Assembly (NCBI RefSeq): GCF_963921235.1
Contig: NC_086097.1
Location: 169,510,001-169,574,000, forward strand
Source: Mobula hypostoma
Taxonomy: Eukaryota
Direction: 5' to 3'
Length of the DNA: 64,000 bases
Part shown: piece after piece, positions 48,801 to 61,718 of the stretch
Layout: every line of letters starts with the position of its first letter
Position numbering within the stretch: the first letter of the stretch is position 1
Translations under genes and position numbers: made by a program
The notes under the pieces: generated by a model
Database searches by the model: none
What the model saw: only the letters and a program-made list of their open reading frames with translations
Told to the model about the DNA's origin: nothing

Positions 48801-51800
48801 CAAGCAACTTCAGGAACCAAAAGACTGAGCATGGAGCGACTAAAGTCCTGAGCTGCTTATATTTCAATGTATTGTAGGAAAGGCAGATGAGCTCAGGGCA
48901 TGGATCAACACCTGGAATTATGATATTGTAGCCATTAGTGAAACTTGGTTGCAGCAGGAGCAGAACTGGCAGCTCAAAATTCCAGGGCTCCATTGTTTGA
49001 GATGCGACAGAGTGGGAGGGGTTAAAGGAGGAGGGGTGGCGTTACTAGTCAGGGAAAATGACACGGCATTGTGCAGTCAGGACAAATTGGGGAGCTGGTC
49101 TAATAAGGCACTATGGATGAAACTGAGAAATAAGAAAGTTATGACCATGTTAATAGGTCTATATTACAGACCACCCACTGGTCCCAGGGATTTAGAGGAA
49201 CAAATTTGTAGAGGGATCGCAGACAGTTGCAAGAAACATAATGTTGTTATAGTAAGTGATTTTAGCTTTCCACATATTGATTGGGACTCCCATACTGTAA
49301 AAGGATTAGATGGGATAGAGTTTGTCAAATATGTTCAGGAAAGTTTCCTTAATCAATATGTAGAACTCCCATTGCGAGAGTGTATGATACTTGATCTGCT
49401 CTGAGGGAATGAATCAGGGCAGGTGACAGAAGTTTGTGTTGTGGAACACTTTGCATTAGTGATTACAATGTCATTAGCTTCGAAGTAAATATGCCAAAAG
49501 ATAATGGTCTGTGGATTGAGATTCTAAATTGGAGAAAGGCTAAAGCAAGCATGGATTGGGACAGGCTGTTTTCTGGCAAAGGTGTACTTGGTAAGTGGAA
49601 GGTCTTCAAAAGTGAATTTTTGAGAGTACAAAGCCTTTTAGAATAAAAGGTAAAAATAATAGGTATAGGGAACATGGTTTTCAAGAGATATTGAGGCTCT
49701 AGTTAAGGAAAGAAAAAGGAGATGCCTAGCAGGTATTGACAGGTAGGAACAAACAGGGTACTTACAGAGTATAAGAAATGCAAGACAACACTCAAGAATG
49801 AAATTAGGAGAGCCAAAAGAACACATGAGGTTGCCCTAGCAGACAAGGTGAAGGAGAATCCTAAGGCATTCTTCAGATATGTTAAGAGCTAAAGGATTGC
49901 AGGGAACAAAATCTGGGAGATCAGAATGGTAATCCATGTGTGGAGGCAATAGAGATAGGGGAGATCTTAACTAAATTTTTTGTATCATATTTACTCAGGA
50001 CATGGGCACAGGATCTATAGAAGTGAGGCAAAGCTGCATCGACTTCATGGACCCTACACAGATTACAGAGGAGGAAGTGTTTGTTGTCCTAAGGCAAATT
50101 AAGGTGGATAAATTCCCAGGACCTGACGAAGTGTTCCCTCAGACCCTGCAGGAGGCAAATGCAGAAATTGTCAGGGTCCTATCGGAGATACTTAAATAAT
50201 CCCTTGCGACAGGTGAGGTACCAGAGAATTGGTAATGTTGTTCTAATGTTCAGGAAAGGTTCTATATATAAACCAGGAAAGTATCGGCCAATGAGCTTGA
50301 CATCAGTAGTGGGAAAGTTATCGGAAGGTATTCTGGGGAAGTGGATATATAAGTATTTGGATAGACATGGACTGACTAAGGATAGTCAGCATGGTTTTAT
50401 GCATGGTGTGTCATGTCTGACCAATATTCTAGAGTTTTTCAAGGAAGATACCAGGAACATTGATGAAAGCAAGGAAGTGGATGTTGTTTATACGGACTTT
50501 AGTAAGGCATTTGACAGAATGGATGATTGGTCAAGAAGGTTCAATTGCTCAACATTCAAGATGAGGTAGTAAATTGGATTAGACACTGGCTTTGTGGGAG
50601 AAGCCAGAGAGTGGTAGTAGGTGGTTACCTCTGTGACTGGAGGCCTGTGACTAATGGAGTGCCGCAGTGATCGGTGCTGGGTCCATTGTTGTTTATTATC
50701 TATATCAACAACATGGATGATAATGTGGTTAACTGGATCAGCAAATTTGCAGATGGCACCAAGAATGAGGGTGTAGTGGACAGCGAGAAAGGCTTGCAGA
50801 GGGATCTGGACCAGCTGGGACAATGGGCTGATAAATGACAGACGGAAATTTATGTGGACCCAAGTGCAAGGTGTTGCACTTTGGTAAGATCAACCAGGTT
50901 AGGTCTTGCGCAGTAAGCAGAAAGATACTGTTAGAACAAATGGATCCAGGAATACAGATCGTAATTTGTTGAAAGAGGTGTCACAAGTAGAACGGGTCGT
51001 AAAGAAAGCTCCCATCGCATTGGCCTTCATAAATCAAAGTATTGAGTACAGGAGATGGGATGATATGTTGAAATTGTATCAGATAATGGTGAGGCCTAAT
51101 TTGGAGTATTGTGTGCATTTCTGGTCACCTACCTACAGGAAAGATGTAAATAATGTTGAAAGAGTACAGGGAAAATTTACAAGGATGTTGCTGGTTCTAG
51201 AGGACCAGATTTATAAGGAAAGATTGGATAGGTTCAGACTTTATTCCTTGAAATATAAAAAAATGGGAGGAGATTTGAAAGAGGTATACAAAATTATGAG
51301 AGAATAGATAGGGTAAATGCAATCAGCCTTTTTCCACTGAGGTTGGATGGGACTACAACCAGAGGTCATGGGTTAAGGGTGAAAGGTGAAACGTTTAAGC
51401 GAACATGAGGGGAATCTTCTTCACTCAGAAGGTCGTGAGAGTGTGGAACAAGCTGCCAGCACAAATGGTGCATGCAAGCTTGGTTTCAATGTTTAAGTTA
51501 AGTTTGGATAGGTCAATGATTTGGATGATGGAATTAATGCCTATTTGGCCAGGTTTGCAGTTTTGCAAAGATAGGTGGAGGAATAGGTAGTGTTGAGGAA
51601 GCAGGAAGTCTGCAGAAGGAACTAGATTGGGAGAATAGTTGAAGAAATGGCAGATGGAATATAGTGAAGGGACGTGTATGGTCATGCACTTTGGCAGAAA
51701 GAATAAAGGCATTAACAATTTTCTAAACGGAGAACATTTTTTGAAAAAACAGAGGTGCAAAGGGACAAGGTTAACTTGCAATAGTAAGGAATGTAAGAAT

Positions 51801-52420
51801 TCATTTGAGAGGAATAGAATATAGGAGCATGGATGTGATGTTGAGGCTTTATAAGGCATTAGTCAGACTGCACTTGGAGTATTGTGAGCAGTTTTGGGCC
51901 CCTTACCTAAGAAAAGATGTGCTGGCATTGGAGAAGATCAGGAGGTGGTTCACAAAAATGATTCCATGAATGAAAGGGTTAACATATGAGAAGTGTTTGA
52001 ATGGCTCTGGGCCTATACCCACTGGAGTTTAGGAGAATGAGAGGAATCTCATGGAAACCTATTGAATATTGAAAGGCCTGGAGAGAGTGGATGTGGAGAA
52101 GATTTTTCCTACAGTGGGTGAGTGTAAGACCAGAGGGTATAGCCTCAGAATAGAGGAGCGTCCATTTTGAACAGGGATGAGGAGGAATTTCTTTAGCCAG
52201 AGTGTGGGGAATCCATGGATTTCATTGTCATGGATGGTTGTGGAGGCTAAATCCTTGAGCATATATGAAGTGGAGGTTCATAAGTTCTTGATTAGTCAGG
52301 GCATCAAAGGTTATGGGGAGAAGGTAGGAGACTGCAGTTGAGAGGGATAATTAATCAATCATGATGAGATAGCAGGCCAAATGGCCTAATTCTGCTCCTT
52401 TGTCTTTTGGCCTTATGGAT
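45900..52420 (+). mobile_element. CR1 LINE (host), split into 45900-47330 and 51511-52420
   Basis: The endonuclease and RT N-terminal half stop at ..ITDKILAW. The same family resumes at VNDLDDGI and runs through the 3' UTR. Confidence 0.8.
47331..51510 (+). mobile_element. Second CR1 family member, near full length (5' UTR, ORF1 esterase, ORF2), nested in the first
   Basis: ORF1 remnant ending in DGLHLNCKGTNILAG, endonuclease GGGVALLVRE..LYYRPP, RT YTDFSKAFD and RPNLEYCVHFWSP. The 3' tail is missing. Confidence 0.85.
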
Positions 52421-52939
52421 GAGCGAGGCAGTAATAGTATTTTCCCCAGGGTTGGGGAGTACAAAACAAGAGGGCACAGACACAAGGTAAGAGAGAGGGA
52501 ATTTAAAAGGGACCTGAGAAGTAACTTTGTTTATGTAGAGGGTAGTGAGTACCTGTAGTGAGCTGCCAGAGGAAGTGGTTGAGGCGGGTGCAATTTCAAA
52601 TTTTAAGGGGCCTTTGGATGGGTACATTGAGGGGATGGGCATTGAAGGACTACGGTCTCAAAATGGGCAACTGGGATGAGCAAGGTGATTGCTGTGGCAC
52701 ACATTGGACCAGTTGAGCGAAAGGACCTATGTCTGTGTTGTAATACTCTTTGACCCTATGACTCCAACTCTCTTTTCAAAATAAATATAAGTTCAAAGTA
52801 AATTTATTATCAAAGTACATAATGTATATATCACCATATACAACCTTGAGATTCATTTTCTTGCAGGCATACGCAATAAATCTCATAACCATAATAAAAT
52901 TATTGAAGGACCTCACCAAAAGGGCGGACAACCAGTACC

Positions 52940-54030
52940 TGTGAACAATTTTTCCTTTAGCTCCTCCCACTTTCTCCAAACTCGAGGGGTAGCCACGGGC
53001 ACTCGCATGGACCCAGCTATGCCTGCCTCTTCGTCGGCTATGTGGAACAGTCTATGTTCAAAGCCTTCCCTTGTTATACTTCCCAACTCTTCCTTTGCTG
53101 CATTGACATCCTGGAATGGAAAGCCATATTCTGGGAATAGATGCAGCGGAGGCGAATAAACTGAGAAAAGGGAGTAACATTTTTAGAGGAGATAGGGTGG
53201 TAAGGGGTATAGTCGAATTATTAGGTTTATAAAAGATGTCGGTTGACAGTTTGTCTCGAGAGATGGAGACAGAGAAATCAAGGAAGGGGAGGGAGATGTC
53301 AGAGATGGACCATGAATTTAAGGGCAGGGTGGAAGTTAGAGACCAAATTGATAAAATTGACAAGCTCACCACGGGTACATGAAGCAATGCCAATGCAGTC
53401 ATCAAGGTGATCCTACCACTAAACATATCTTTACCTTCCCCCCACCACACAGGGTTTGCTCCCCCCACGATTCCCTTGTCCATTCATCCCTCCCCACTAA
53501 TTTCCCTCCAGGCACTTATCCCTGCAAGCAGCCTTAGCACTATACCTCCTCCCTCACCTCCAGTAAAGTCCCCAAACTCTTCACAAGCGAATCTGCTAGG
53601 GTCATCTATTGTATCCGGTGCTCCCAAAGCGGTGTCCTCTACATTGATGAGATCCACTGTAAGTGGGGGACCACTTCGTCAAGCACCTCTGCACCATCCG
53701 CCACAAGCATGACTTCCTGGTGGCCAAACCTTTTAATTGCAATTCCCTTTCCCATTCTGATGTGTCAATTCATGGCCTCCTCTTGTGCCAAGCTGAGGCC
53801 ACCATCAGGGTGAAGGAGCAACACCTACTATTCTGCCTGGGTACCCCCCAACCTGAAGGCAAGATTTCCCCTTTTGGTGAACATATTTCCCCCTCCTCCC
53901 TTCTTCTATTCTGTGCTCTGACCTTTCACTTCTTCTCACCTGTCTGTTACTTCCTCTTCCTTCCTTTTCTCCTATTGTCCACTTTCTTCTCCTTTCAGTT
54001 TCTTTCTTCTCCTGCCCTTGACCTTTCCTG
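52940..54030 (+). mobile_element. Penelope-like fragment with an internal inversion
   Basis: FLQTRGVATGT on +, LPFLDFSVSIS...TDIFYKP on - (about 53108-53404), then GIY-YIG region LGDHFVKHL...KEQHLLFCLG on +. Confidence 0.8.
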
Positions 54031-55264
54031 TTTGGGGTGAAGAGATTTGTTTGTTTACAGGCAGTTGCAAAGTAAGGAACCCAAAAGAACCCAATTAAAA
54101 AAAAGTAAGACCAATCCCCATTGCCCACAGAGAAAGAGAGAAAAAAAACCAAACAAATCATGCAAACAACAGAAGCGAGCAACAACAACAACAGCATTCC
54201 AAACCTTAGATCCAAATCCCCAGGGCATGCTGGAGTAGGCCCAAAGCCTCCAGGCAAATTGCTACAAAATTCGCAGACACGAAACACAGCAGCTGAGGGC
54301 AGTCTCACAGCCTTAGTGTCGCAGAGAGAGGAGCCTCCATACTATCTGGGCCGATTTTTAAATTGTCTAAACTGTGTGCTAGGACCTGGCTGCTCAGTGG
54401 CAAGTCACTCCAGGCCTAGATTTCACTGCTGGAGAAGCTATTCTTGACCTCTCCAAATTAGCTCGGCACCCTGCCTTCCAGTCTATCTGGGCTGACAATT
54501 AGATTGTCCAAACAGCGGATTCTACCTCGCACTAGGACCCGGGCCTCACCTTGAACATGCCTTGAACATGCAGCCCAGCAATTCATTTCGGACCTGGATT
54601 TCACTGCCAAAAAAGCTGTTCTCGACCCCTCCAAATTGGCTCAGCGCTGATTCTTTGAATCTTTGTTGTTCCTGAATCTGCATGTGTGAATCCTGAGGCT
54701 TCTGGACCTTCTTCCTAATGGCAGCAGCAAAAAGAGAGCATGACCTGGGAGGTTAGGGTCCGTGGTGATGGATACCGCTTTCTTGTGACCATGCTGCATA
54801 CAAATGTGCTAAATGGTGGGGAGGGCTTTACCTGTGATGGACTAGGCTGAATCCACTACTTATTGCAGGATTTTCCGTTCAAGGGCATTGGCTGTGATAC
54901 AGCAGTACTCTCCACCACACAGCTATAGGAGTTTGTCAAAGTTTTACATGTCATGCCGTATCTTCGTACTTCCTATGGATGTAGAGGCACTACCGTGCTT
55001 TCTTCATAATTGCAATTGCGGGCTGGGCCCAGGACACTTCCTGTGAAGTTATAACACTGAAGAATTTAAAGTAAGATGATTGGAAAGAAGAGGATTTATT
55101 CCACCCCAGACATACCTTTTATGAACCCAACTGTTAGCATCCTCTCTCAGCTGGCACTACTACCACCAGTCACATTACTCAGTTTCTCCTAATCTCCACT
55201 CCATATTAATTTCTTATATTTCTGCCCTTCAGTTTTTTGTTTGCAATTTTTAACTTCCTCCACT

Positions 55265-55860
55265 TAGTCATAGAGTCACAGAGTTGTGGAGTAATAGAAA
55301 AGTACAGAACAGAAACAGGATCTTCGGCCCATATGGTTCATGTTGAACCATTTAAACTGCCTACTCCCGTTGACCTGCACTGGGACCATAGCCCTCCCTA
55401 CCCCTACCATATGTAGGCCTATCCAAACTTCTCTTAAATGTTGAAATTGAGCTCATATACACCACTTGCAGAGGCAGCTTGTTCCACAATCTCACAGCCC
55501 TCTGAGTGAAGAAGTTCCCCCATCATGTTCACCTTAAAGTTTTCACTTTTCACCCTTAACCCATGATCTCTGGTTGTAGTCCCACCCAACCTCAGTGGAA
55601 AAAACCTGCTTACATATACCCTATCTATACTTCTGATAATTTTGTATTATTCTACGTTCCAAGGAATAAAGTCCTAACATTCAATCTTTCCTTATTACTC
55701 AGGTCCTCCAGACCCAGCAACATTCTTGTAAATTTTCTCTGTATACTCTAAAGCTTATTTACATCTTTCCTTTTGGCAGGTGACCAAAACTGCATACTAT
55801 ACTCCAAATTAGGCATCACAAATGTCTTATACAACTTAAGCATAACATCCCATCTCCTGT
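55265..55860 (-). mobile_element. CR1 LINE 3' fragment
   Basis: Reverse-complement homologue of 51050-51500, with a 3' tail near 55265-55310. Confidence 0.75.
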
Positions 55861-56044
55861 ACACTTCTAACTTTTCCCTGTTCCTCATCCAGAAACATTA
55901 GTTAGGTTTCCTTAAGAAAGATACTGCTGATCCGAGGGCCAGCTTCTTCACGTTAAGAGTATTGGGCGCATAGAATTAGCTGCAGAGAAAGTGGTCCGAA
56001 AACTGTATTTAAAAGACACTTGGATGGATAAGTGGAGAGGCAAG

Positions 56045-59000
56045 TGTTGTGTATTTAATATTTCAGTAGTATTTGAGCAATGTTGTAAATATATTGTTTG
56101 ATTAAGCATTCTTGTTTATTTAAATAATTCATTATGGGTAATATGTAAAATTAAGTGAATAGCATACATCGTGACCCTACCATGTCATGCGTGCACAGCT
56201 CACTTAATGTCAAAAAACAAAACTAAGATACATTATTCTTGGCTCCATGTTTTTGCTTTCAATTAGTTTAATATTTTAGAGTTACAAAACTTAACAGTGG
56301 TGATGACTAAGTTTTAAATAAACCTGAGATGACTAACTACCTGTTGAAGCCTAGCGAGATATTCAAATTTTTAAAAAAGCAGCACAGTGTGTGTCTCTTC
56401 AGAAAAGGAGACAGAGATGATGGAGTTAAAAAAAAGCAGAAAATGGCCGAATTCACAGGTTCATAAACAGTGAGTACTGGTTGATAATTATCATATATAA
56501 AAAAGAGCAGAATTGGCTGGTGACCGAGGAAAGACAGATGTGTTTGATTGCACAAAAGATAACAAATTAATCAGTATTTTGAAGCAAATGAAATGGGCAA
56601 TAAGAAGCAAGTGTCAATTTTACTGAGTGCATTAGATTTAGAGGCATACAGTTTGCTTAGAAGTTCAACTGCTCCAACCAAACCAGCCGAAATGAGTTTT
56701 GTTGATATTGTGAAAGTAATGCAGGAACATTTAGAACCATTGTTGATTGCAGAACACTTTTGTTTTGATAATGGAATCGAAAGGAAGGGGCATCCAGTTC
56801 AGCATTCATAGCTGAAATGAAGGGATTTTCTGAGTTCATTAATGGGCTTAATAATGCTCTGAGAGATCATTTAGTTTGTAGACTCTTACAAGAAAGCATT
56901 CAAAAATGGCTCCTGACCAACACACAATTTACATTTAAAAGAGCAGTTTAAATAGTTGTATCAATGGAAACAGCAGACAGAGATGTAATTGAGTTGCAGT
57001 CATTATTACCATTGTGGCAAGGGCTCACATATAGCAGACCATTGTAGCTTTAAGGGAGAAACTTGCAGAAAGTGCAACAAAATAGGAGATATACAAACAG
57101 CATGTTGGGCAGACAAACCTAAATGGATTGCACAGGGGAGAGAAAAAGATAAAAAGTTAAGTTGCAGTTTCAAAAAGATCCCTGATCTGCATGCTGTTGA
57201 TGAAAAATCTGATTATGGTGAGAGTGACACAAGACTGATTCAGCTTGAGATTTACAATGTAAAAAACTAACAACAGAGCAGCAATATGACTTACACCAGA
57301 AGTAAATGATAAATTAATTAAATTGAATTGGACACAGGTTTGGCAGTTTCACTCAATCCAGAAAATGAGTTTGAATGGCATTTCAAAGATACTGAGCTAA
57401 AGCCTACAGATATCCAGCTAAAAACTTATACTGGAGAAAGGATAATTCCCGTGGAAATGATATCTGTAACACTGAAATGCAATAACCAACAAGCCACCTT
57501 GGGCTTATATGTGGTAAAAATGGGAGGCCCAGAATTATGGGAGTGTGATTTGCTGAGAGAACTACAACTTGATTGAAGAACCATCCATCACTTGCATGCC
57601 ACAATAATCCTCTCCAATAATCAACAAAATGAATTTAAAAAGATACTGGATTGCGCCACAGCAGTGTTCAAGGATGGCATTGGAAAATTCAAACATATCA
57701 AGGATGAAATCATGTTAAATGAAAATATCACACCCGGATTTTACAAAGCCCATCCAGTTCCTTGTCATCTCTGATAAAGTAGCCAATGAGCTACATCACA
57801 TGGAGGCCAAAGGAATACTTTCCAAGGTTAAATGGAGTCAATGGGCAATGCCATTAGGCCTAGTAGCCAAGAAGAATGAGTCTGTCAAGATCTATGGTGA
57901 TTTTAAGGTTATAATCAACCCAGTACTGAAAGTAGTTCAATACCCACTGCCCAGGATAGAGATATCTTTATAACAATTCTGAAAGAAAACACTTCAGCAA
58001 AGTGGATTTAGCTGAGGCCTCCCTACAGATTAAGATGGAAGAAGAGTCCAAGGTATTTCTCACCATCAACACACACAAAGGGCTTTATTGCTATAATAGG
58101 CTTATTTCAGAGTAGCACTGCACCTGCACTCTGACAGAAAGCTGTGGACCAGGTGCCGCAAGGCTGTCCAGGCTCTCAGTGTTACCTGGATGACACCATT
58201 GTTACCGGTAAGGATAACAAGGAATATCTCCAAAATCTCAAGACAGTGTTAAAGAGATTAGAAGATTATAGGCTCAGAGATTGATGCAACAAGTGTGAAT
58301 TCTTTAAACCAAGCACAACAGATTCCTGCCAAACCTGTCTTCTGTGCTTCACCCCTGGAACTCATTACTACAGATCACAGAGAAAAGGCAATGGACAAAG
58401 CAGTGTGAGGTGGTTTTGAAAAAGGTAAAGGAAATGGTGACGTCAGACACTGTTTTGACACGTTATGATCCAGATCGTCCAGTGAAGCTTGCCTGTGATG
58501 CCTCACCTTCTGGTATTGGTGCAGTCATATCACATGTTCTGAGTGATGGAAGTGAACGCCCCATAGCCTTTGCGTCACGTTTCCACACCACTGCAGAGAA
58601 AAGTTATGCACAAGTTGACAGAGAGGCCTGGAGTCTACTTTGGGATGTAGAACATATCAACCAGTACTTATATGGGGGAGAGTTTATCCTCATTTCTGAT
58701 GATCAATCACTGGTGTCCATTTTCAATCCACAGAAGGGTGTTACCCTAACAACAGCAGCACAAATGCAAAGACAAGCTCTGTTTCTTGGAGCACAGAACT
58801 ACAAGATCGAATTCAAGAAACCATAATCATAGAAATGCAGATGAATTGTCCCGTTTACCCTTGGAAAACAAAATACCTGAAACATTTTCAGTTATTCCTG
58901 AAACATTTACAGAAGAGGACACTCCTCTTGAGGTATTCTCCCTAATGCAAATTTGAAGTCTTCCAAAGGGAAACAAGAAAAGACTCCACACTGTCTCAGG

Positions 59001-59510
59001 TCTACATGGCCACCCAAAATGGCTGGAATATGCAGCGAAAATTCCAGTTCCCCCAATTTTACCAGCACCAGGATGAGTTAAGATGTTACAGGAGCTACCT
59101 GCCAGACTTCTAGGTGTAGTCAAAATGAAAGCATTGGCCTGAGATTTTGTCTGGTGGCCTGGGATAGGTCTGCAGATTGAGCACTGTTTGGGATGCCAAT
59201 GCGTCCAGAAGATGACAAAAACCTAGCACCTCTTCATCCCTAGGAATGGCCTACTTTGCTCCGGCAGAGGATTCATTTAAATTTTGCTGGACCATTCATG
59301 GGCACGTATTTCTTGGCAGTGGTGGATGCAACTACACAGTGGCTGTAAGTGTTCCCAATTACCTGCATTACAGCCTCACACTCTTGTCGATGTGTTGAGA
59401 AGCTTCTTCTCAAGGACTGGAGTTCCAGCACACTTAGTCAGTGACATTGAACCACAGTTTGTTGTGGAACAGCTTCAGTCATTGCTGAAAATGAATGGAA
59501 TAAGATTATA
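56045..59510 (+). mobile_element. Degraded Ty3/Gypsy LTR retrotransposon (5' LTR 56045-56296, gag-PR-RT-RH-IN, 3'-truncated)
   Basis: TG...CA LTR followed by a TGG PBS-like site. Contains gag APTKPAEMSF, double CCHC-like knuckles, LDTG protease, YLDD (about 58183-58194), RNase H LACDASPSGIGAV..ERPIAFAS and integrase GVPAHLVSD. Confidence 0.88.
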
Positions 59511-61271
59511 TTATATTTGAATATTGAATGTTATTCTATTAATACACCAACACACTTTTAATTCACTTGCTTTTAAGATGCTATGTTGCAGTATAACACA
59601 TTTTCTATTGTATTTGTTAAGTTTAAAGAGAGTGTAAGAAATAAACCCTGGTATGTTTTATGGGAACATGGGAAGAGTGAAAGAGATTATGGTATCCACA
59701 TCCAGTGAGCTGGATGAATGGGATTTCCAAATTCGAACATAATGACAATACCAAAAAGTAATATTCAAACTGGCCAGGCAACATTTATGTGGGTGGAAGA
59801 AGAATCATTGTTTCAGGTCTCTGCTCATTGTTAGAATTGTGGAAGACCAAACTCCCCAGGAAATGTAACTTTGTTCCTCTTGCCATTAGAAACATCCAGC
59901 TTGGTACGCACATTTCACATGTCAGGTACCTCCTATTTTTTGTTTTTCTGTCATTTTTATGGCAATCTGAATTCAGTGTTGATGTCTGCTCTGAATGTTT
60001 GCAGAGATTTTGTTGCCTATGTTGGGGTTGGAGGTCAAAAGATGAGACGAACATGGAAAGGACAACTAATATACTAGTCTTTGCATCAGAAACTCACTAC
60101 ATAGTCTTGATCCCAAAAATGTAAACAGACTTCCTTGTTCTTACTGAAGTATATCACACAAGCAGCACATTTAGCTCATCATGGCTTCCATTGGATTAGT
60201 CTCATCACTCCCATTCTCAGCTTCTTATTTCCCTGGAACCTATTCTTTTCAACACCCACTTGATTGTTTTTGCACCTCATCTTCTCTGAGGGATAAGTTA
60301 CACAAGTTCAAAGTAAATTTATTTTCAAATTACATAATATGTCACCATATACAACTCTGAAATTCCTTTTCTAGTGGGCAGTCACAGTAAATACAAGAAA
60401 GACTTGAATCAATGAAAGAGAACAGCCAATGGGTGGACAACAACCAGTGTGCAATAAAGATAACAAACCGTGCAAATACGTAAAGAAATGGAAAGAAAAC
60501 AAATAATAATAATTAAAACAATAAGTGAATAGATAGATAGATAGATAGATATGCCACAAATATTGAGAACATGAGATGATGAGTCCTCGAAAGTGGGTCC
60601 AGCACAGTGGGAACAATTCAGTGATGAGGTGAGTGAAATTATCCCCTCTGGTTCAAGAGCCTGATGGTTGAAGGGTAAGAAATGTTCCTGAGCCTGATGG
60701 TGTGGGTCCTGAGGCTCCTATACCTTCTTCCTGATGGCAGCAGTGGGAAGGGAGCAAGCCCTGGATGTTGGAGGTCCTTGATGATGGATGCTGATTTCCT
60801 GCATAAGTGCTCCATGTAGATATGCTCATTGGTGAGGAGGGTTTTATCCGTGATGGATTGGGCCACACCAACTATTTTATGTAGTTTTTTCCATTCAAGG
60901 CATTGGTGTTTCCAAAATGGGTCATGATGCGACCAATCAATCTACTCTTCACCACACATGTATTGAAGTTGTCAAAGTTTTAAAGGACATGCTGAATCTT
61001 TGCAAACTTCTAAGAAAGTAAAGGCACTGCCACTCTTTATTCATAATGACACTTTCGTGCTGGACCCAGGACAGAATCTCAGAAATGATAATACCAAGGA
61101 AGTTAAACTTGCTGACCCTCTCCACCTCTGATCCTCTGATCCTCTGATGAGGACTGGCTCATCGTCCTCCGGTTTCCTCCTCCCGAAGTCAATAATCATC
61201 TCCCTGGTCTTGCTGACATTGAGTGAGAGGTTGTTGTGGCATCACTCAGGCAAATTTTCAATCTCCCTCAT

Positions 61272-61718
61272 GCAGCCAGCAATTTCTGCTCTTTTATTTT
61301 GTTTATTATTATTATCATCACCCAGTACTCACTTTTTTGAACCCATAAATTCATCCATTTTGTGCCTCTTTTTAAAACTCGAACGTCTTGCTGCCCCTTT
61401 CTTAAAAACTCGAATGTGTTGCTGTGCTTCAATAAGTAGGTAGTTGTCTTGGGTTCACTTAAGACTTGCTCATTGCCACTGCTATGTTCTGTAACTTCAA
61501 AACATGAAACTAATAAAAAGAAAAACAAGAGAGCCTTCGAGTTGTTTTTACTTCTAGTGAGGCAAGTGCATATGATGCTGTGGCCTGATGACGTATGCCA
61601 TTCACATACTTTTATGTTCAACCTGTATTTAAACAAACAAGGATGCATACTGTATAAAAAACAATATATTTGCTATATTGCTCAAACATTACTGAAGTAT
61701 TAAATACATACTGTAACA
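61272..61718 (-). mobile_element. 5' LTR (61480-61718), PBS and leader of a Gypsy element related to 56045-59510
   Basis: The reverse complement tgttacagtatgtatttaatacttcagtaatgtttgagcaat resembles the 56045 LTR. It ends ...ttacagaacatagca followed by gtggcaatgag. Confidence 0.7.

Noticed and set aside
59620..60130. Possible host exon or PTPN2 start (upstream neighbour of SEH1L in human)
   Set aside because: The ORFs on both strands show no phosphatase or other recognisable motif, and I found no convincing acceptor/donor pair. No PTPN2 sequence was recognised anywhere in the window.
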